Of a stretch of 64,000 nucleotides of DNA, positions 48,512 through 58,886 are shown in pieces. The notes under the pieces are model-generated. The model ran no database searches. It worked only from the letters and a program-made list of their open reading frames with translations, and had not been told where the DNA came from. Position 1 is the stretch's first letter; every line of letters starts with the position of its first letter. Made by a program: the position numbers and the translations under genes. The DNA comes from Sedimentisphaerales bacterium (GTDB lineage Bacteria > Planctomycetota > Phycisphaerae > Sedimentisphaerales > Anaerobacaceae). The stretch lies in NCBI GenBank assembly GCA_041322395.1, contig JBGLNQ010000001.1:2118961-2182960 (forward strand). Direction: 5' to 3'.

Positions 48512-49060
48512 GTGTTGCCCGGAGTATTGAAAGATGAGGCGCAGGTGGAAACAATACTGGTGGTTGACGACGAGCCGGACATAGTCAGGATTGTGGCTAA
48601 GAGTCTTGCCGGCGACGGCTATGAGGTTATCACCGCCAATAACGGCAGCGAGTGCATTGCCAAAGCAGAAGACGAGCTTCCCGCACTCATTCTGCTCGAC
48701 AGTGTGATGCCGAACATGAGCGGAGATACGACCCTGCTAAGACTCAAGGCCGCCCGAAAAACCAGGGGTATCCCGGTAATAATGGTCACTGTTCTTGCTG
48801 GTCGGGATGATATCGCAATCGCACAAAAAAATGGCGCAACCGACTACATTATCAAGCCATTTACTGGAACTGGAAAACAGCCCGGCTGTCCAGTTCAGGT
48901 CTGCGTCGGCCAGGATATGCAAGGCTTCATCGGCAGGGGTCGGGCTGGTGGCCTGTTCAGGAGGGGCAATATTCGATTCCATTATCTGAAAACCACGCGG
49001 GCCGATATGATTGAAACCCAACCCATCTGGTTCCGGCCCGAGTCCCCATGTCTGAACTGA
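48512..49060 (+). pseudogene. CheY-like receiver domain gene whose 3' end runs into the antisense of the neighbouring gene
   Basis: ILVVDDEPDIV...LILLDSVMPNMSG...DYIIKPFT is a complete receiver domain. After about 48870 the ORF is the reverse strand of the 313-aa gene and looks non-coding. Confidence 0.65.
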
Positions 49061-49678
49061 AAATGAAGAACCTGTTACACCCCTGTAAACGATATAGTTA
49101 CACGGCGTTTCAGCATCGACGTACTCTACAAAAGTTCCGTCAAACAATTCGTCGATAACGGTGAAATTCTGTCCAACACCGTTAAAAACAATTACTGCTT
49201 CATCGTCACCGCTCCACGATGAACAGCAACCAAGGTAAATAATCACATCATAATACTCAAAGGGAACATTTGACACCGTCATGTCGAATTTCAGATCGCC
49301 GCTCTCGGTACCCCTTGCATGACCGTCCATAAGGTCGCCGTTTCCGTCACCGATCAAAGTTGTACGGGCTCTTGTCCAGTAGTAAGGGCTGTAGTTACGT
49401 ACACTGTTCACTTTAAACGTTGCCGTAGAACCTTCAGTGCTTGTTAAGGACACAGTTGAGGTTCCCGTATAATTTATCCATCCGGCAGTATTCCACTCGC
49501 CGACACCCGCAGACTGCTCCGGCTCCAGTGTCAGATTCAGTTTCTGCGTATCTGTCAATGAACCGGATTTTCCGTAACTATAAAAGTTGATGCTAAAAAT
49601 ATCAGACGCAGCCTCCGAGGGCTCACCGAGAACTGAAGCTATGGTTAATAACAAAACTGAAATTAAAAGCTTTTTCAT
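48737..49678 (-). CDS. secreted hypothetical protein, C-terminus apparently truncated/fused
   Basis: Signal peptide MKKLLISVLLLTIASVLG. The ending ...SPTPADEALHILADADLNWTAG resembles the start of a domain common in PVC secreted proteins. The remaining about 50 codons are antisense to the receiver gene. Confidence 0.6.
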   Translation of the reverse strand: MKKLLISVLLLTIASVLGEPSEAASDIFSINFYSYGKSGSLTDTQKLNLTLEPEQSAGVGEWNTAGWINYTGTSTVSLTSTEGSTATFKVNSVRNYSPYYWTRARTTLIGDGNGDLMDGHARGTESGDLKFDMTVSNVPFEYYDVIIYLGCCSSWSGDDEAVIVFNGVGQNFTVIDELFDGTFVEYVDAETPCNYIVYRGVTGSSFSVQTWGLGPEPDGLGFNHIGPRGFQIMESNIAPPEQATSPTPADEALHILADADLNWTAGLFSSSSKWLDNVVGCAIFLCDCDIIPTSKNSDHYYRDTPGFSGGLES

Positions 49679-50091
49679 TTTGACATCAACATTTTTTAAA
49701 AATATAATTATTGTGTTTGAGTAATAGGGCGTAACGATAGCTCTACCGAACGCCTTCCATAAGCTCTATTCCATTCAGATTTCCCATTTAACTTCACAAA
49801 CAAAATTTCTGCACGTTTCCATACTTTTTCTGAGACAGTCCCGTACAATTCAAGCTCTATAATACCATAACTACATCGCGATTTCAATAACTTTCCGACA
49901 AATTCAGCACGCAACATCGCATGAAACACCAAAAAAACGCTGTATTTGCGTGAAGAATCCACTTTTCCCTACCATATTGACACACCGTCATCGTTGACCG
50001 TCGATTCAGAACGCGATTTTGAGCAGTTTCAAACATCATACCGGCCTCGCTGGTATCGGCAAAGAACGCAACTGCCTGATCCGGGCTAATG

Positions 50092-50128
50092 AAAAAAAGA
50101 GGGCTGTGAGCACGAAGCTCACAGCCCC
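50092..50128 (-). terminator. rho-independent terminator candidate (11-bp GC-rich stem + U7)
   Basis: The minus strand reads GGGCTGTGAGC-ttcgt-GCTCACAGCCC-tc-TTTTTTT. It follows a startless 49-codon ORF remnant. Confidence 0.6.
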
Positions 50129-51110
50129 GGTTAAGCAAACTCCATTTTGCATTCACCCAATTTGAACTCTATATCGTTCGGCGTCCGTCAAATCGCCCCG
50201 ACAGGCGCCGACACTATCAAGTGCGGCACAATCCTGGACAAAGCGAGCATTGTATCCGGCGGTGAAGGCTTTGTGATTGCGGCAATGAATGCCAACGAGT
50301 GAGAAACACTAAAACTCGTTTGTCTTTCGCCGCCTTAACCTCCTTTTACCCAAAACCCTATAAGCCAGGACGCTGCTGCAAGGCCTAAACCTGCCTCCCG
50401 AAACACACAAATTCCTGACAACACATCTCTTCAGTCACTCACTACTCCGTATCTTATCGACCACGGAACTGTTGCAAAGATTATATTCTTGTCCGACGCT
50501 GTTTGTCAAGCTAATTCTTTTCGGAACATCGCATTTTTTGAGACGTTTGCATAAGGGATACTACTTAGAGGATAGGCCGACGGCAATGGGCCCGGAGTAG
50601 ATTATGATCGGTTGTTTTTCCGGAAGTCCTTGCGGCGCAAGGGAATGTATCGAGTCGAGCAGGTGACAAACCGTCACAATTGCAATCCCCCCGAAGTTGT
50701 TGCGCGCTTGGAATGCGGGTCATATTTTTTTTATCTTCATCGCTTCTCAAGGTAATGAACATCGGCAGTGCGTTAAAGCGCGATTATTCTATCCGGGCGA
50801 AGGACTAAAAGGCGATAGTCACCGGACTTAGAGCGATTGCGACCGACGAAAATGCAGTTTTGAAGGCCTCGGCGACGTCTCGATGCGAATCGCTGTAAAA
50901 TACCGGCCTGACACGACTTAAATGCCGAAATAGACTACATTACGCTCGCGGCGAAAAAAATCCTTTGATTGCGTTTGGATTGTTGTTAGACTTAACGCCG
51001 CAGGAGAATCGGGGTGATGAATTGAGTTTCGAGCGGATGATGCGATAAGCCGTCGAAGAAGTTCGCCGCTGCGAACCGCTAATTGGGTTTGTTGTAAGGG
51101 GTTGTGTGCG

Positions 51111-52754
51111 ATGAGTCATTATTCAGTGAGCCCGACAGGGGAAAAGTTTGCTATTCCCGCAGAAGAAGAATATGCCGCCGAGTTCGAGCGCGTCAAGTCG
51201 CTCGCAGCCGAGGCGCGCAGCGAGGGCAAGGAAATTGTCGTTGTTATGGGCGTTGGTTTTGTCGGTGCGGTAATGGCCGCGATAGTCGCCGATACCGTCG
51301 ATAAAGAAACGGGCAAGCCGGGCAAGTTCGTAATAGGCTGCCAGAGGCCGAGCACGCGAAGCTACTGGAAGATTCCCCTCCTCAATCAGGGCGTTTCGCC
51401 GGTCAAGGCCGAGGACCCGGAGGTCGATCCGATGATAGAGCGATGCGTCCTCGAAAAGAAAACGCTCGTCGCAACGTACAATAGCGATTGTCTCAAGCTC
51501 GCCGATTGCGTTGTTGTCGATGTGCAGTGCGATTACTCGAAACAAGACCTCGGCAATATGCGGACAGGGAAAGTTGAGATGGGCGCGCTGGAGGCTACAA
51601 TTAAAATTATCGGCGAGAAAGTTCCCGCCGACTGCCTGACCTTGATCGAGACCACTGTCGCGCCGGGCACAACTGAATTCGTGGCCTGGCCTATCATGAA
51701 GAAGGCATTTGCCGAACGCGGCATCGATTCGGCCCCGCTGCTTGCGCACAGCTTTGAGCGAGTGATGCCGGGTAAACATTATATTTCGTCCATACGGGAT
51801 TTTTGGCGTGTCTGTTCCGGCTGCGACGAGCGGGCCAGAGGGCGGGTGGAGAAGTTCCTGTGCGAAGTGCTCAACACCGAGGAATTCCCGTTGACCGTAA
51901 TGGACAGGCCCATTGAATCAGAGACCACGAAGATCGTCGAAAATTCCTTCCGCGCCACAACCCTGGCGTTTCTCGATGAATGGAGCCTGTTCGCGGAGCG
52001 CAACGGCGTTGACCTTATCAAGGTGGTCGAGGCCATCAAGGTCCGCCCGACGCACAGTAATATGATATTTCCAGGCCCCGGAATTGGAGGCTACTGTTTG
52101 CCCAAAGACGGCGGTCTGGGATACTGGGCCTATAAGCACATCCTTGGATTCAACGACGACATATTCAAAATAACCACCAGAGCAATCGATATCAACGATA
52201 CGCGAAGCCTCCACGTTGCGACACTGACCAGGGACGCACTTCGCAATATGGGCCGGCAGGTGGCCGGGACGCCGGTCCTGCTCTGCGGAGCGAGCTATCG
52301 CCAGGACGTCGGCGATACGAGGTACAGCGGCTCGGAGGTTGTCGTCCGCAAGCTAACCGAGATGGGCGCAGAGATGCGCGTCCACGACCCGTATATCGAA
52401 CACTGGTACGAGCTGGAAAATCAGGACGTCTATCCCGCTCCTGGGCATTCGCTCTCGCGATTCTTCAGAAATCAGGACGGCCTGGTCAATATCCGAGTCC
52501 AGGACGACCTTGCAGCGGCTCTGTCAGGCGTCACAGCGCTAATACTGGCCGTGCCGCATTCGCAGTATCTCCGGCTCGACCCCCAAAAAATAGTCGAGTG
52601 GGCAGGCAAACCGTTGGCGGTTATCGATTGCTTTGGTATATTGGACGACGACAGGATTAGAAAGTACTTCGAGTTGGGATGCGAAGTAAAGGCCCTCGGC
52701 AGAGGACATATACAGAGGATTAAAGAGGAGGTGAGAAAAAAGGCGGTGAGCTAA
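51111..52754 (+). CDS. UDP-glucose/GDP-mannose dehydrogenase family nucleotide-sugar dehydrogenase
   Basis: VVMGVGFVGAVMA Rossmann motif and catalytic GGYCLPKD. Confidence 0.88.
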   Translation: MSHYSVSPTGEKFAIPAEEEYAAEFERVKSLAAEARSEGKEIVVVMGVGFVGAVMAAIVADTVDKETGKPGKFVIGCQRPSTRSYWKIPLLNQGVSPVKAEDPEVDPMIERCVLEKKTLVATYNSDCLKLADCVVVDVQCDYSKQDLGNMRTGKVEMGALEATIKIIGEKVPADCLTLIETTVAPGTTEFVAWPIMKKAFAERGIDSAPLLAHSFERVMPGKHYISSIRDFWRVCSGCDERARGRVEKFLCEVLNTEEFPLTVMDRPIESETTKIVENSFRATTLAFLDEWSLFAERNGVDLIKVVEAIKVRPTHSNMIFPGPGIGGYCLPKDGGLGYWAYKHILGFNDDIFKITTRAIDINDTRSLHVATLTRDALRNMGRQVAGTPVLLCGASYRQDVGDTRYSGSEVVVRKLTEMGAEMRVHDPYIEHWYELENQDVYPAPGHSLSRFFRNQDGLVNIRVQDDLAAALSGVTALILAVPHSQYLRLDPQKIVEWAGKPLAVIDCFGILDDDRIRKYFELGCEVKALGRGHIQRIKEEVRKKAVS

Positions 52755-52756
52755 AG

Positions 52757-53200
52757 TTTGGAGTGCCTAAAGCGAGCTAACAAGCCCCGACCGTAAGCCT
52801 GTCCCCCAGGGGGGAGGGGGTCACTTACTGACGGTTTTCATCCCGGCGCCTACGCTTAGGGCTAAAGTGAGCTAAAATTATAGGAATCGTGTTTAATGGA
52901 TTTTAGCTATTTTAGGCACTTTTCAATATGAATATTAAGAGCAAACGAATAGCCACGAAGACACAAAGGAAATAACAAATAATCAAAAACTTAGAATAGC
53001 CACGAAGGCACTAAGGCACAAAGGAAACATGATATTGTTCGTGTTGCGGAAAAAGTATTTGTCATTCCTGCGAAAGCAGAAATCCATTCTTTTCAACGTG
53101 GACCCCTGCTTTTGCAGGGGTGACATCGGCGATTTCGGCGTTCCGGAACAGAAACCGATATAATCAGAAGCTTCGTGTCTTCGCGCCTTAGTGGCAAGAA
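52757..53200. repeat. dense cluster of dispersed word/hairpin repeats
   Basis: Contains AAGCCCCGACCGTAAG, CATCCCGGCGCCTACGCTTAGGG, GCTAAAGTGAGCTAAA, AGCCACGAAGGCAC... words and a family A pair at 53061-53124. Confidence 0.8.
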
Positions 53201-53241
53201 AAGAATCGAACTTGAATGTGCTGTTTACAGGGATACGATAT

Positions 53242-53418
53242 ATGAAGAAAGAATTTGTCACGCGATACCAGGGCAATCCGATTTTGACGAAGGATGATAT
53301 TCCCTACAAGGTCGAGACGGTTCATAATACCGCTGTGGCGAAGTTCGAGGGGCGATATATAATGCTCTTTCGCTCGCACCTCGATACGGGCAGGTCGATA
53401 ATAGGAATCGCCTCATAA
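53242..53418 (+). pseudogene. 5' fragment (about 58 codons) of a GH130-family glycoside phosphorylase/hydrolase gene
   Basis: MKKEFVTRYQGNPILTKDDIPY...VHNTAVAKFEGRYIMLFRSH...SIIGIAS* matches the GH130 N-terminal pattern and then stops. Confidence 0.55.
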
Positions 53419-53446
53419 AACCGCTGGTCTTGGCTTGGCGACCTTG

Positions 53447-53890
53447 CTATTGTCGAGCAGGGCGGCTGCGCGGTCGGCGGGGAAGGATCGTGATTTTCTT
53501 GTGAATCTCGTCCGGCATGGCTTCTTTCAGCATTTTGCGAATCTCGTGCATCGCTGTCCGTTGGGTCGTATGCGTAATGATGATGTATTCGTTTTGCATA
53601 CTGCCTAATAGCATTGCCAACTCGTCGATGTGCATGTGCTTGCCGGCCTGGGCTCGCGTGGTATGCTCTCCTTCGTAGAACGTGCACTCGGCGATCAGAA
53701 TCTTGCTCTTGGCGATGTAATCGAGTTGCGAGAAATCGGCATACTGCGTATCCCCGAGATAGCTCACAATCGGTATATCGAGCGGATATTCGATATAATA
53801 ATCTACCCGTGTTATCTGTGCATTAGAACGGGCATGTTCGACCTCAAGACGAGGTACAAACAGAGCACGCTCCCCGCGAGCATTCATCAC
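53447..53890 (-). pseudogene. 3' fragment of an MBL-fold (RNase Z-like) hydrolase gene
   Basis: ...YLGDTQY...ILIAECTFYEGEH...AGKHMHIDELA...IIITHTTQR. The HxHxDH region is missing and an in-frame stop lies just upstream. Confidence 0.55.
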
Positions 53891-53892
53891 AA

Positions 53893-54816
53893 ATGCAATG
53901 GGTGGATATGATTAAGACTTTGATTTACGCTTCGGGCGAAGAGACGATAGCGGCGATGGTGCGCGGGGATCACGACGTTAATCCGGAGAAGCTGACGCAA
54001 ATTCTTGGCGGGGCTAATGTGAACCTGGCCGACGAGGAGGCTATTCAGAGAGTGAGCGGGGCAAGAATTGGGTTTGCCGGGCCTGTGGGGATTGCCGGGA
54101 AGGTCGAGAAGGTTATTATCGATCATGCGGTCGCTGCGATGGCTGTTGGCGTGGCCGGGGCCAATAAGACGGATTATCATGTTAAGAACGTTGTGCCGGG
54201 GAGGGATTTTCCGCTGGAAGGCGAGAATGTAGTCGTTGCCGACCTTCGGTTCGCCGAGGAAGGGGATACGCACGCGGGCAAAAAGCTGCTTTTCAAGAAG
54301 GGTATCGAGGTTGGGCAGGTCTTTAAGCTTGGAACTAAGTACAGCGTTAAGCTTGGCGCCAAGTTCCTCGACGAGCAGGGAGTTGAGAATCCTTGCCTTA
54401 TGGGGTGCTACGGTATCGGTATCAACCGTATTCTCGCTTCCGCTATCGAGCTTGGGAACGATAAGAACGGCATTATATGGCCCATTTCCATCGCTCCTTT
54501 CGAGGTTCTGATTACCTGCGTGAACCAGGACGATGATGAGGTGGCGAAGGTGGCCGACGGGGTGTATCGGCAGCTTCTTGATGCGGATATCGATGTTCTT
54601 TACGACGACCGCGTGATGCGGGGCGGGGTAAAGTTCAAGGACGCCGACTTGATCGGGATTCCGATTCGGCTGACTATCGGGAAGAGGTCTGTCGCTGAGG
54701 GGAATATCGAATTGAAACTGCGCCATGAATCGGAAGGCGAGAAGGTCGCCATCGAGAATGCTGCGGGCAAGGTTATCGACCTTGTCGCTTCGCTTAAGAA
54801 AGAGTTGAGGGCTTGA
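53893..54816 (+). pseudogene. proS: 3' part (about 300 of about 570 codons) of proline--tRNA ligase
   Basis: Collinear with E. coli ProRS from VKTLLV...LVRGDHELN through GCYGIG and the anticodon-binding domain. Motifs 1 and 2 are absent. Confidence 0.8.
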
Positions 54817-54850
54817 TGCCGAGACTGATTGATTTGGGAATTTTGATTAG

Positions 54851-55402
54851 ATGTGGCAGTTGAAAGACCCGGAACCGGTTAAGCTGATAATCGGCATCCT
54901 TGCTGCGGATCTTAATTGTCTGCATGCGGCTGTCGAGGCTGTTATCGATAAGTTCGGGCCGACCGATTTGACGAGCCACGTTTGGCCTTTCTCCGAGACG
55001 GACTACTATCGCAAAGAAACGGGGCCGACGATTTTGCGGCAGTTTCTCTGTTTCGAGAAGTTGATTGACCCTGGAAAATTAGCCAAAATCAAGATTATTA
55101 CCAACAAGATGGAGAAGAAGCTGGCGAAAAAGCTCGGTATTCCGCTGAGCAGGCCTGTAAATCTGGACCCCGGGATAATCGAGCCGGGGAAACTGATTTT
55201 GGCGACAACAAAAAACTTCTGTCATCGTATATACATCGGCAAAAAGATGTACGCCGAGGTAACGCTGATATTCAGCAAAGGCGCGTGGCAGGCGTCGGAA
55301 TATACGTTCCCGGACTACAGGACTCCGCATTATCACGAGTTTTTGGGCAGGGCCAGAATCCGGTTGGTCGAACAGTTGAAATCGCGGCGTAAAAAACGCT
55401 GA
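54851..55402 (+). CDS. DUF4416 family protein
   Basis: VKLIIGIL...FSETDYYRKETG...NLDPGII...HRIYIGKKMYAEVTL pattern, as I remember it for DUF4416. Confidence 0.7.
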   Translation: MWQLKDPEPVKLIIGILAADLNCLHAAVEAVIDKFGPTDLTSHVWPFSETDYYRKETGPTILRQFLCFEKLIDPGKLAKIKIITNKMEKKLAKKLGIPLSRPVNLDPGIIEPGKLILATTKNFCHRIYIGKKMYAEVTLIFSKGAWQASEYTFPDYRTPHYHEFLGRARIRLVEQLKSRRKKR

Positions 55403-55534
55403 CGGGCGGACTGTTTTCACGAGCAACCAACCAACTTTTTGCAGTTGAACCATTTTTTATTATTCGAGTTTTTTTGACGGCTTCTTTGCCGTGCAAGGAG
55501 CGATAGTCTGGTTCCATTTGGGATAGGTCTGTTT

Positions 55535-56608
55535 TTGGGTTCGCTGGCTGTTTCGGCTTTGCTGACTGCTTTGGTTCGGCATCGCGCCCTTGACGCCAAT
55601 CTGGTTGCCCGCCCCACCGCCGAGCGATACCATCGCAGCGTGATTCCGCTTGGGGGGGGAATTGCAATCTTCGCTACTTTACTGCTGTTTATCCTGGCCG
55701 GGGCGGCGGCGATAAAACTGCTGCTGATTCCAGGGCGATTTGCGTGGATATCCGAGCGCGCAAATATTGCGCCGTCGGATTTCGAGGGCAAGCTGAGTCA
55801 GTTGGCGGTTTTGCTGGGCTGTGCGGGCGCTCTGTTCGCTCTTGGGCTTTGGGACGACGTTAAGCATTTGGGGCCGAAGTTTAAGCTCGTCGTCCAGTTT
55901 GCGGCCGCTTTCGGAGCGGCGTTTTTCGGCGAGATCAGAGTCGAGCTCTTCATCGAAAACACTTTCATCACTTCGGGACTTTCGGCGTTTTGGATTGTTT
56001 TGATTATCAACGCCTTTAACTTCCTGGACAATATGGACGGGCTGAGCGCGGGGATTGCCGCGATTGCGAGTTGTATTCTTTTGACGGCGGCGGCTATCAG
56101 CGGGCAGGTCTTCGTGGGGGGATTGGCGATTGTTGTCATCGGGGCGCTGTGCGGCTTTCTGTTTTTCAATTTTCCTCCTGCGAAGATATTCATGGGCGAC
56201 GCCGGTTCGATGGTCGTCGGTTTTTTCGTGGCAATGCTGACCCTGCGCACAACTTATTATCACGAGGCTCAGAGCGGGCAGTGGTACGCGGTTTTTATGC
56301 CGTTGATTGTTATGGCGGTTCCTCTTTATGATTTTATCAGTGTGACTGTTTTGCGGATTAGCCAGGGCGCCAGTCCTTTCGTGGGCGATACGCAGCATTT
56401 CTCGCATCGGCTGCGACGACGCGGGCTTAGCGACAAGCAGACCGCATTGACGCTTTATCTGGCGACGCTTTGCACGGGTCTGGGGGCGATATTTCTGTAC
56501 CAGGTGAACCTGGGCGGGGCGATACTGATTTTTGTTCAGACGGTTATGGTTTTATCCATAATAGCGATTCTCGAGGCCGCCTCACCGAATGAAAAGAAGG
56601 CAGACTAA
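55535..56608 (+). CDS. MraY/WecA-family polyprenyl-phosphate N-acetylhexosamine-1-phosphate transferase
   Basis: NAFNFLDNMDGLSAG and FMGDAGS motifs with about 10 TM segments. The start is uncertain: the first TM helix appears to begin upstream, where only CTG codons exist. Confidence 0.85.
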   Translation: MGSLAVSALLTALVRHRALDANLVARPTAERYHRSVIPLGGGIAIFATLLLFILAGAAAIKLLLIPGRFAWISERANIAPSDFEGKLSQLAVLLGCAGALFALGLWDDVKHLGPKFKLVVQFAAAFGAAFFGEIRVELFIENTFITSGLSAFWIVLIINAFNFLDNMDGLSAGIAAIASCILLTAAAISGQVFVGGLAIVVIGALCGFLFFNFPPAKIFMGDAGSMVVGFFVAMLTLRTTYYHEAQSGQWYAVFMPLIVMAVPLYDFISVTVLRISQGASPFVGDTQHFSHRLRRRGLSDKQTALTLYLATLCTGLGAIFLYQVNLGGAILIFVQTVMVLSIIAILEAASPNEKKAD

Positions 56609-58886
56609 ATCCGATACGCCCAAGAGCAGGTCTCTTGCGGTTTTCGAGTATATCCTGTTGGGGATTTGCCTCTCGATTATTGCTCTGCGCGCAACATTGA
56701 CCGAAAGCCCGGCAATCCGGTCTTTGGTTGCTGCAGGCGATCCTTTCGATGCTGTTTATAGCCTTTGCTTGTCGGCGGTTCTGACATTTTGTTTTGTTTT
56801 GTGGTTTGTTTGGAATTGTCTTGAGGGCGGGTTTTCTTATCGTCGCAGCGGAATTGAAATCGGTTTGGGCGTGTTTCTGGTCGGTGCGTTTATTGCGGGA
56901 CTGGTCGCGCCCGATAAGAGGCTTGCGATCAGCAGCGCGGCAGTTCTGGCCGGGCCGATCTTAATGGCGTTGCTGCTGGTTCAGCTTCTGGATTCGGCCT
57001 CGAAGGTCAAGCTCGTCCTCGCAGTCGTCGCGGCACTGGGACTGGTCAACGCTCAAAGAGCCGCCGAGCAGTTCCTGGGCAGCAACCGCGAGACTATAGC
57101 TGAATATGAAAAAGACCGCGAAACTCAACTCAGAATTCTCGGAATCGAGCCGAACAGCTTCCAGCAATTCATGTTCGAGCACAGAATTTACTCCGGAGGC
57201 GTCACGGGCTTCTTCCTGACGCGCAATTCCCTGGCCTCGTTCCTGCTCCTGGCGTCTTTTGCAGCTACGGCTCTGCTGATCGATCAGATTAGAAACCGCA
57301 GCGGCGAATCAAAACCCATCCCTATCCTCGCTTGCGCCGTCGTCGTCGCTGTGCTGCTGCTGAATTTTGCGGTAACAAAGAGTAAAGGCGCATTTATAGG
57401 GCTGTTCTTCGCCGCAGGGGTGCTGATAATATGGATTCGTTTCGGCAAATGGGTCAAAGGCCATAGAAGGGGCTTGTTCATTGCGTGTTTGCCGGTGGCT
57501 ATCCTTGCAGCCGTTGCTGTTGGGGCGTACGGTTTGAGGCACGGGCGTTTGCCAGGAGGCAATTCGATGCTGGTTCGATGGCAGTACTGGCGCGCGTCTG
57601 CGGCAATGTATGCCGACCATCCGCTTACGGGGGTAGGGCCGGGGGCGTTTGCCGATTATTATACGCACTATAAGCCTGCAGCGGCGTTGGAGGCTGTGAA
57701 TGATCCGCATAATTTTGTGCTGAGCATTCTGACTCAGTACGGGCCTTTGGGCCTTGTGGGCTTTCTTGCCATGATTCTGGCGGCCTTGTGGAAGGGATTG
57801 TCTCCTGAATCCGCCAAAACCGCCGAACGCGACCGCCTCGTTACCAGGCCGGCAATAGTCTTTGCCTTCGCTGTCTCTGCAGTGATGCTTATCGTCAGGC
57901 CCATTATCCTGCCCTTGCCCGATGGGGTAACGCACGAGGAGAAACAAGCCGGGATAGTGATACTTTATTTGGCGCCGGTCTTCGTATTCCTCATTGGGCT
58001 GCTGCTTACGGGGTTTGGGCAGCGGCTTGTAAAAAAGACAGGGCGTGCGAGCTTGACGGGCGGGATTCTTCTTGCAGCGGTGATAGGTTTTTTGATTCAC
58101 AACCTGATGGACTTCGCGATTTTCGAGCCTGGGGTTCTGACCGCTTTCTGGGCCTTGACGGCGTGCCTTGTCGCTACGGCGTGCAATAGGAATCCTGAGT
58201 GTTCAAGTGCCGCGGTGCGGCTTTCGCCGGTTGTCCGGGCGATATCTATTGGAGCGGGGGTTGTTGCGATAGCCGGTTACTTGCATTATGCGCTGATCCC
58301 TGTGATCAGGAGCACGGCTCTTATTAAGAAGGCTGATACGGCTGTATCGGTAGGTCGGTTCGATCTCGTTCATAGCTTGCTTGATTCGGCGTATTTGGCA
58401 GACCCGCTTAGTCCGGCTGCGGCGGCTCTGGACGGGCGGCTGCATATCCGCCGTTTCGAGATGAACCAGAAGCAGAATCCGGAATTGCTGCTGCCGGCCA
58501 AGGATTCGTTTATCCGCGCGATCGGGCGAAATGCTGTGGAGTTCAAGAGCTACGAACGGCTTGCGGACGTTTATGTCATGCTGTCCGAAAGCGACTTGCC
58601 GAGCGAAGGGGCGACTTGGCTGCAGAAGGCTTTCGAGAGCGCTTCTGGGGCTGTGGAGCGTTACCCGGGCTGCGATCGGCTGCGGGTGCAGTTGGCAAGG
58701 ATCGCAGAGCAGCAAGGGAAAATCGAGATCGCAATCGAACAGTACGAAAAGGCCGTCGAGATTGAAGATTCGTATCGGATGCAATTCCGGACGATATATC
58801 CGGAGCGGGCCGATGTGGTCAGTCGCCTTGGCCAGGACAAGTATCTCTTTGCAAAAGATCGGCTCAAAGCGCTCCGTGGGGAATAA
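56589..58886 (+). CDS. O-antigen ligase/polymerase-like (Wzy_C) membrane protein with C-terminal TPR-like domain
   Basis: Polytopic membrane protein. A periplasmic-loop pattern HPLTGVGPGAFADYY...DPHNFVL is followed by a helical-repeat tail. The last 23 codons lie in the right copy of the inverted repeat. Confidence 0.75.
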   Translation: MKRRQTKSDTPKSRSLAVFEYILLGICLSIIALRATLTESPAIRSLVAAGDPFDAVYSLCLSAVLTFCFVLWFVWNCLEGGFSYRRSGIEIGLGVFLVGAFIAGLVAPDKRLAISSAAVLAGPILMALLLVQLLDSASKVKLVLAVVAALGLVNAQRAAEQFLGSNRETIAEYEKDRETQLRILGIEPNSFQQFMFEHRIYSGGVTGFFLTRNSLASFLLLASFAATALLIDQIRNRSGESKPIPILACAVVVAVLLLNFAVTKSKGAFIGLFFAAGVLIIWIRFGKWVKGHRRGLFIACLPVAILAAVAVGAYGLRHGRLPGGNSMLVRWQYWRASAAMYADHPLTGVGPGAFADYYTHYKPAAALEAVNDPHNFVLSILTQYGPLGLVGFLAMILAALWKGLSPESAKTAERDRLVTRPAIVFAFAVSAVMLIVRPIILPLPDGVTHEEKQAGIVILYLAPVFVFLIGLLLTGFGQRLVKKTGRASLTGGILLAAVIGFLIHNLMDFAIFEPGVLTAFWALTACLVATACNRNPECSSAAVRLSPVVRAISIGAGVVAIAGYLHYALIPVIRSTALIKKADTAVSVGRFDLVHSLLDSAYLADPLSPAAAALDGRLHIRRFEMNQKQNPELLLPAKDSFIRAIGRNAVEFKSYERLADVYVMLSESDLPSEGATWLQKAFESASGAVERYPGCDRLRVQLARIAEQQGKIEIAIEQYEKAVEIEDSYRMQFRTIYPERADVVSRLGQDKYLFAKDRLKALRGE

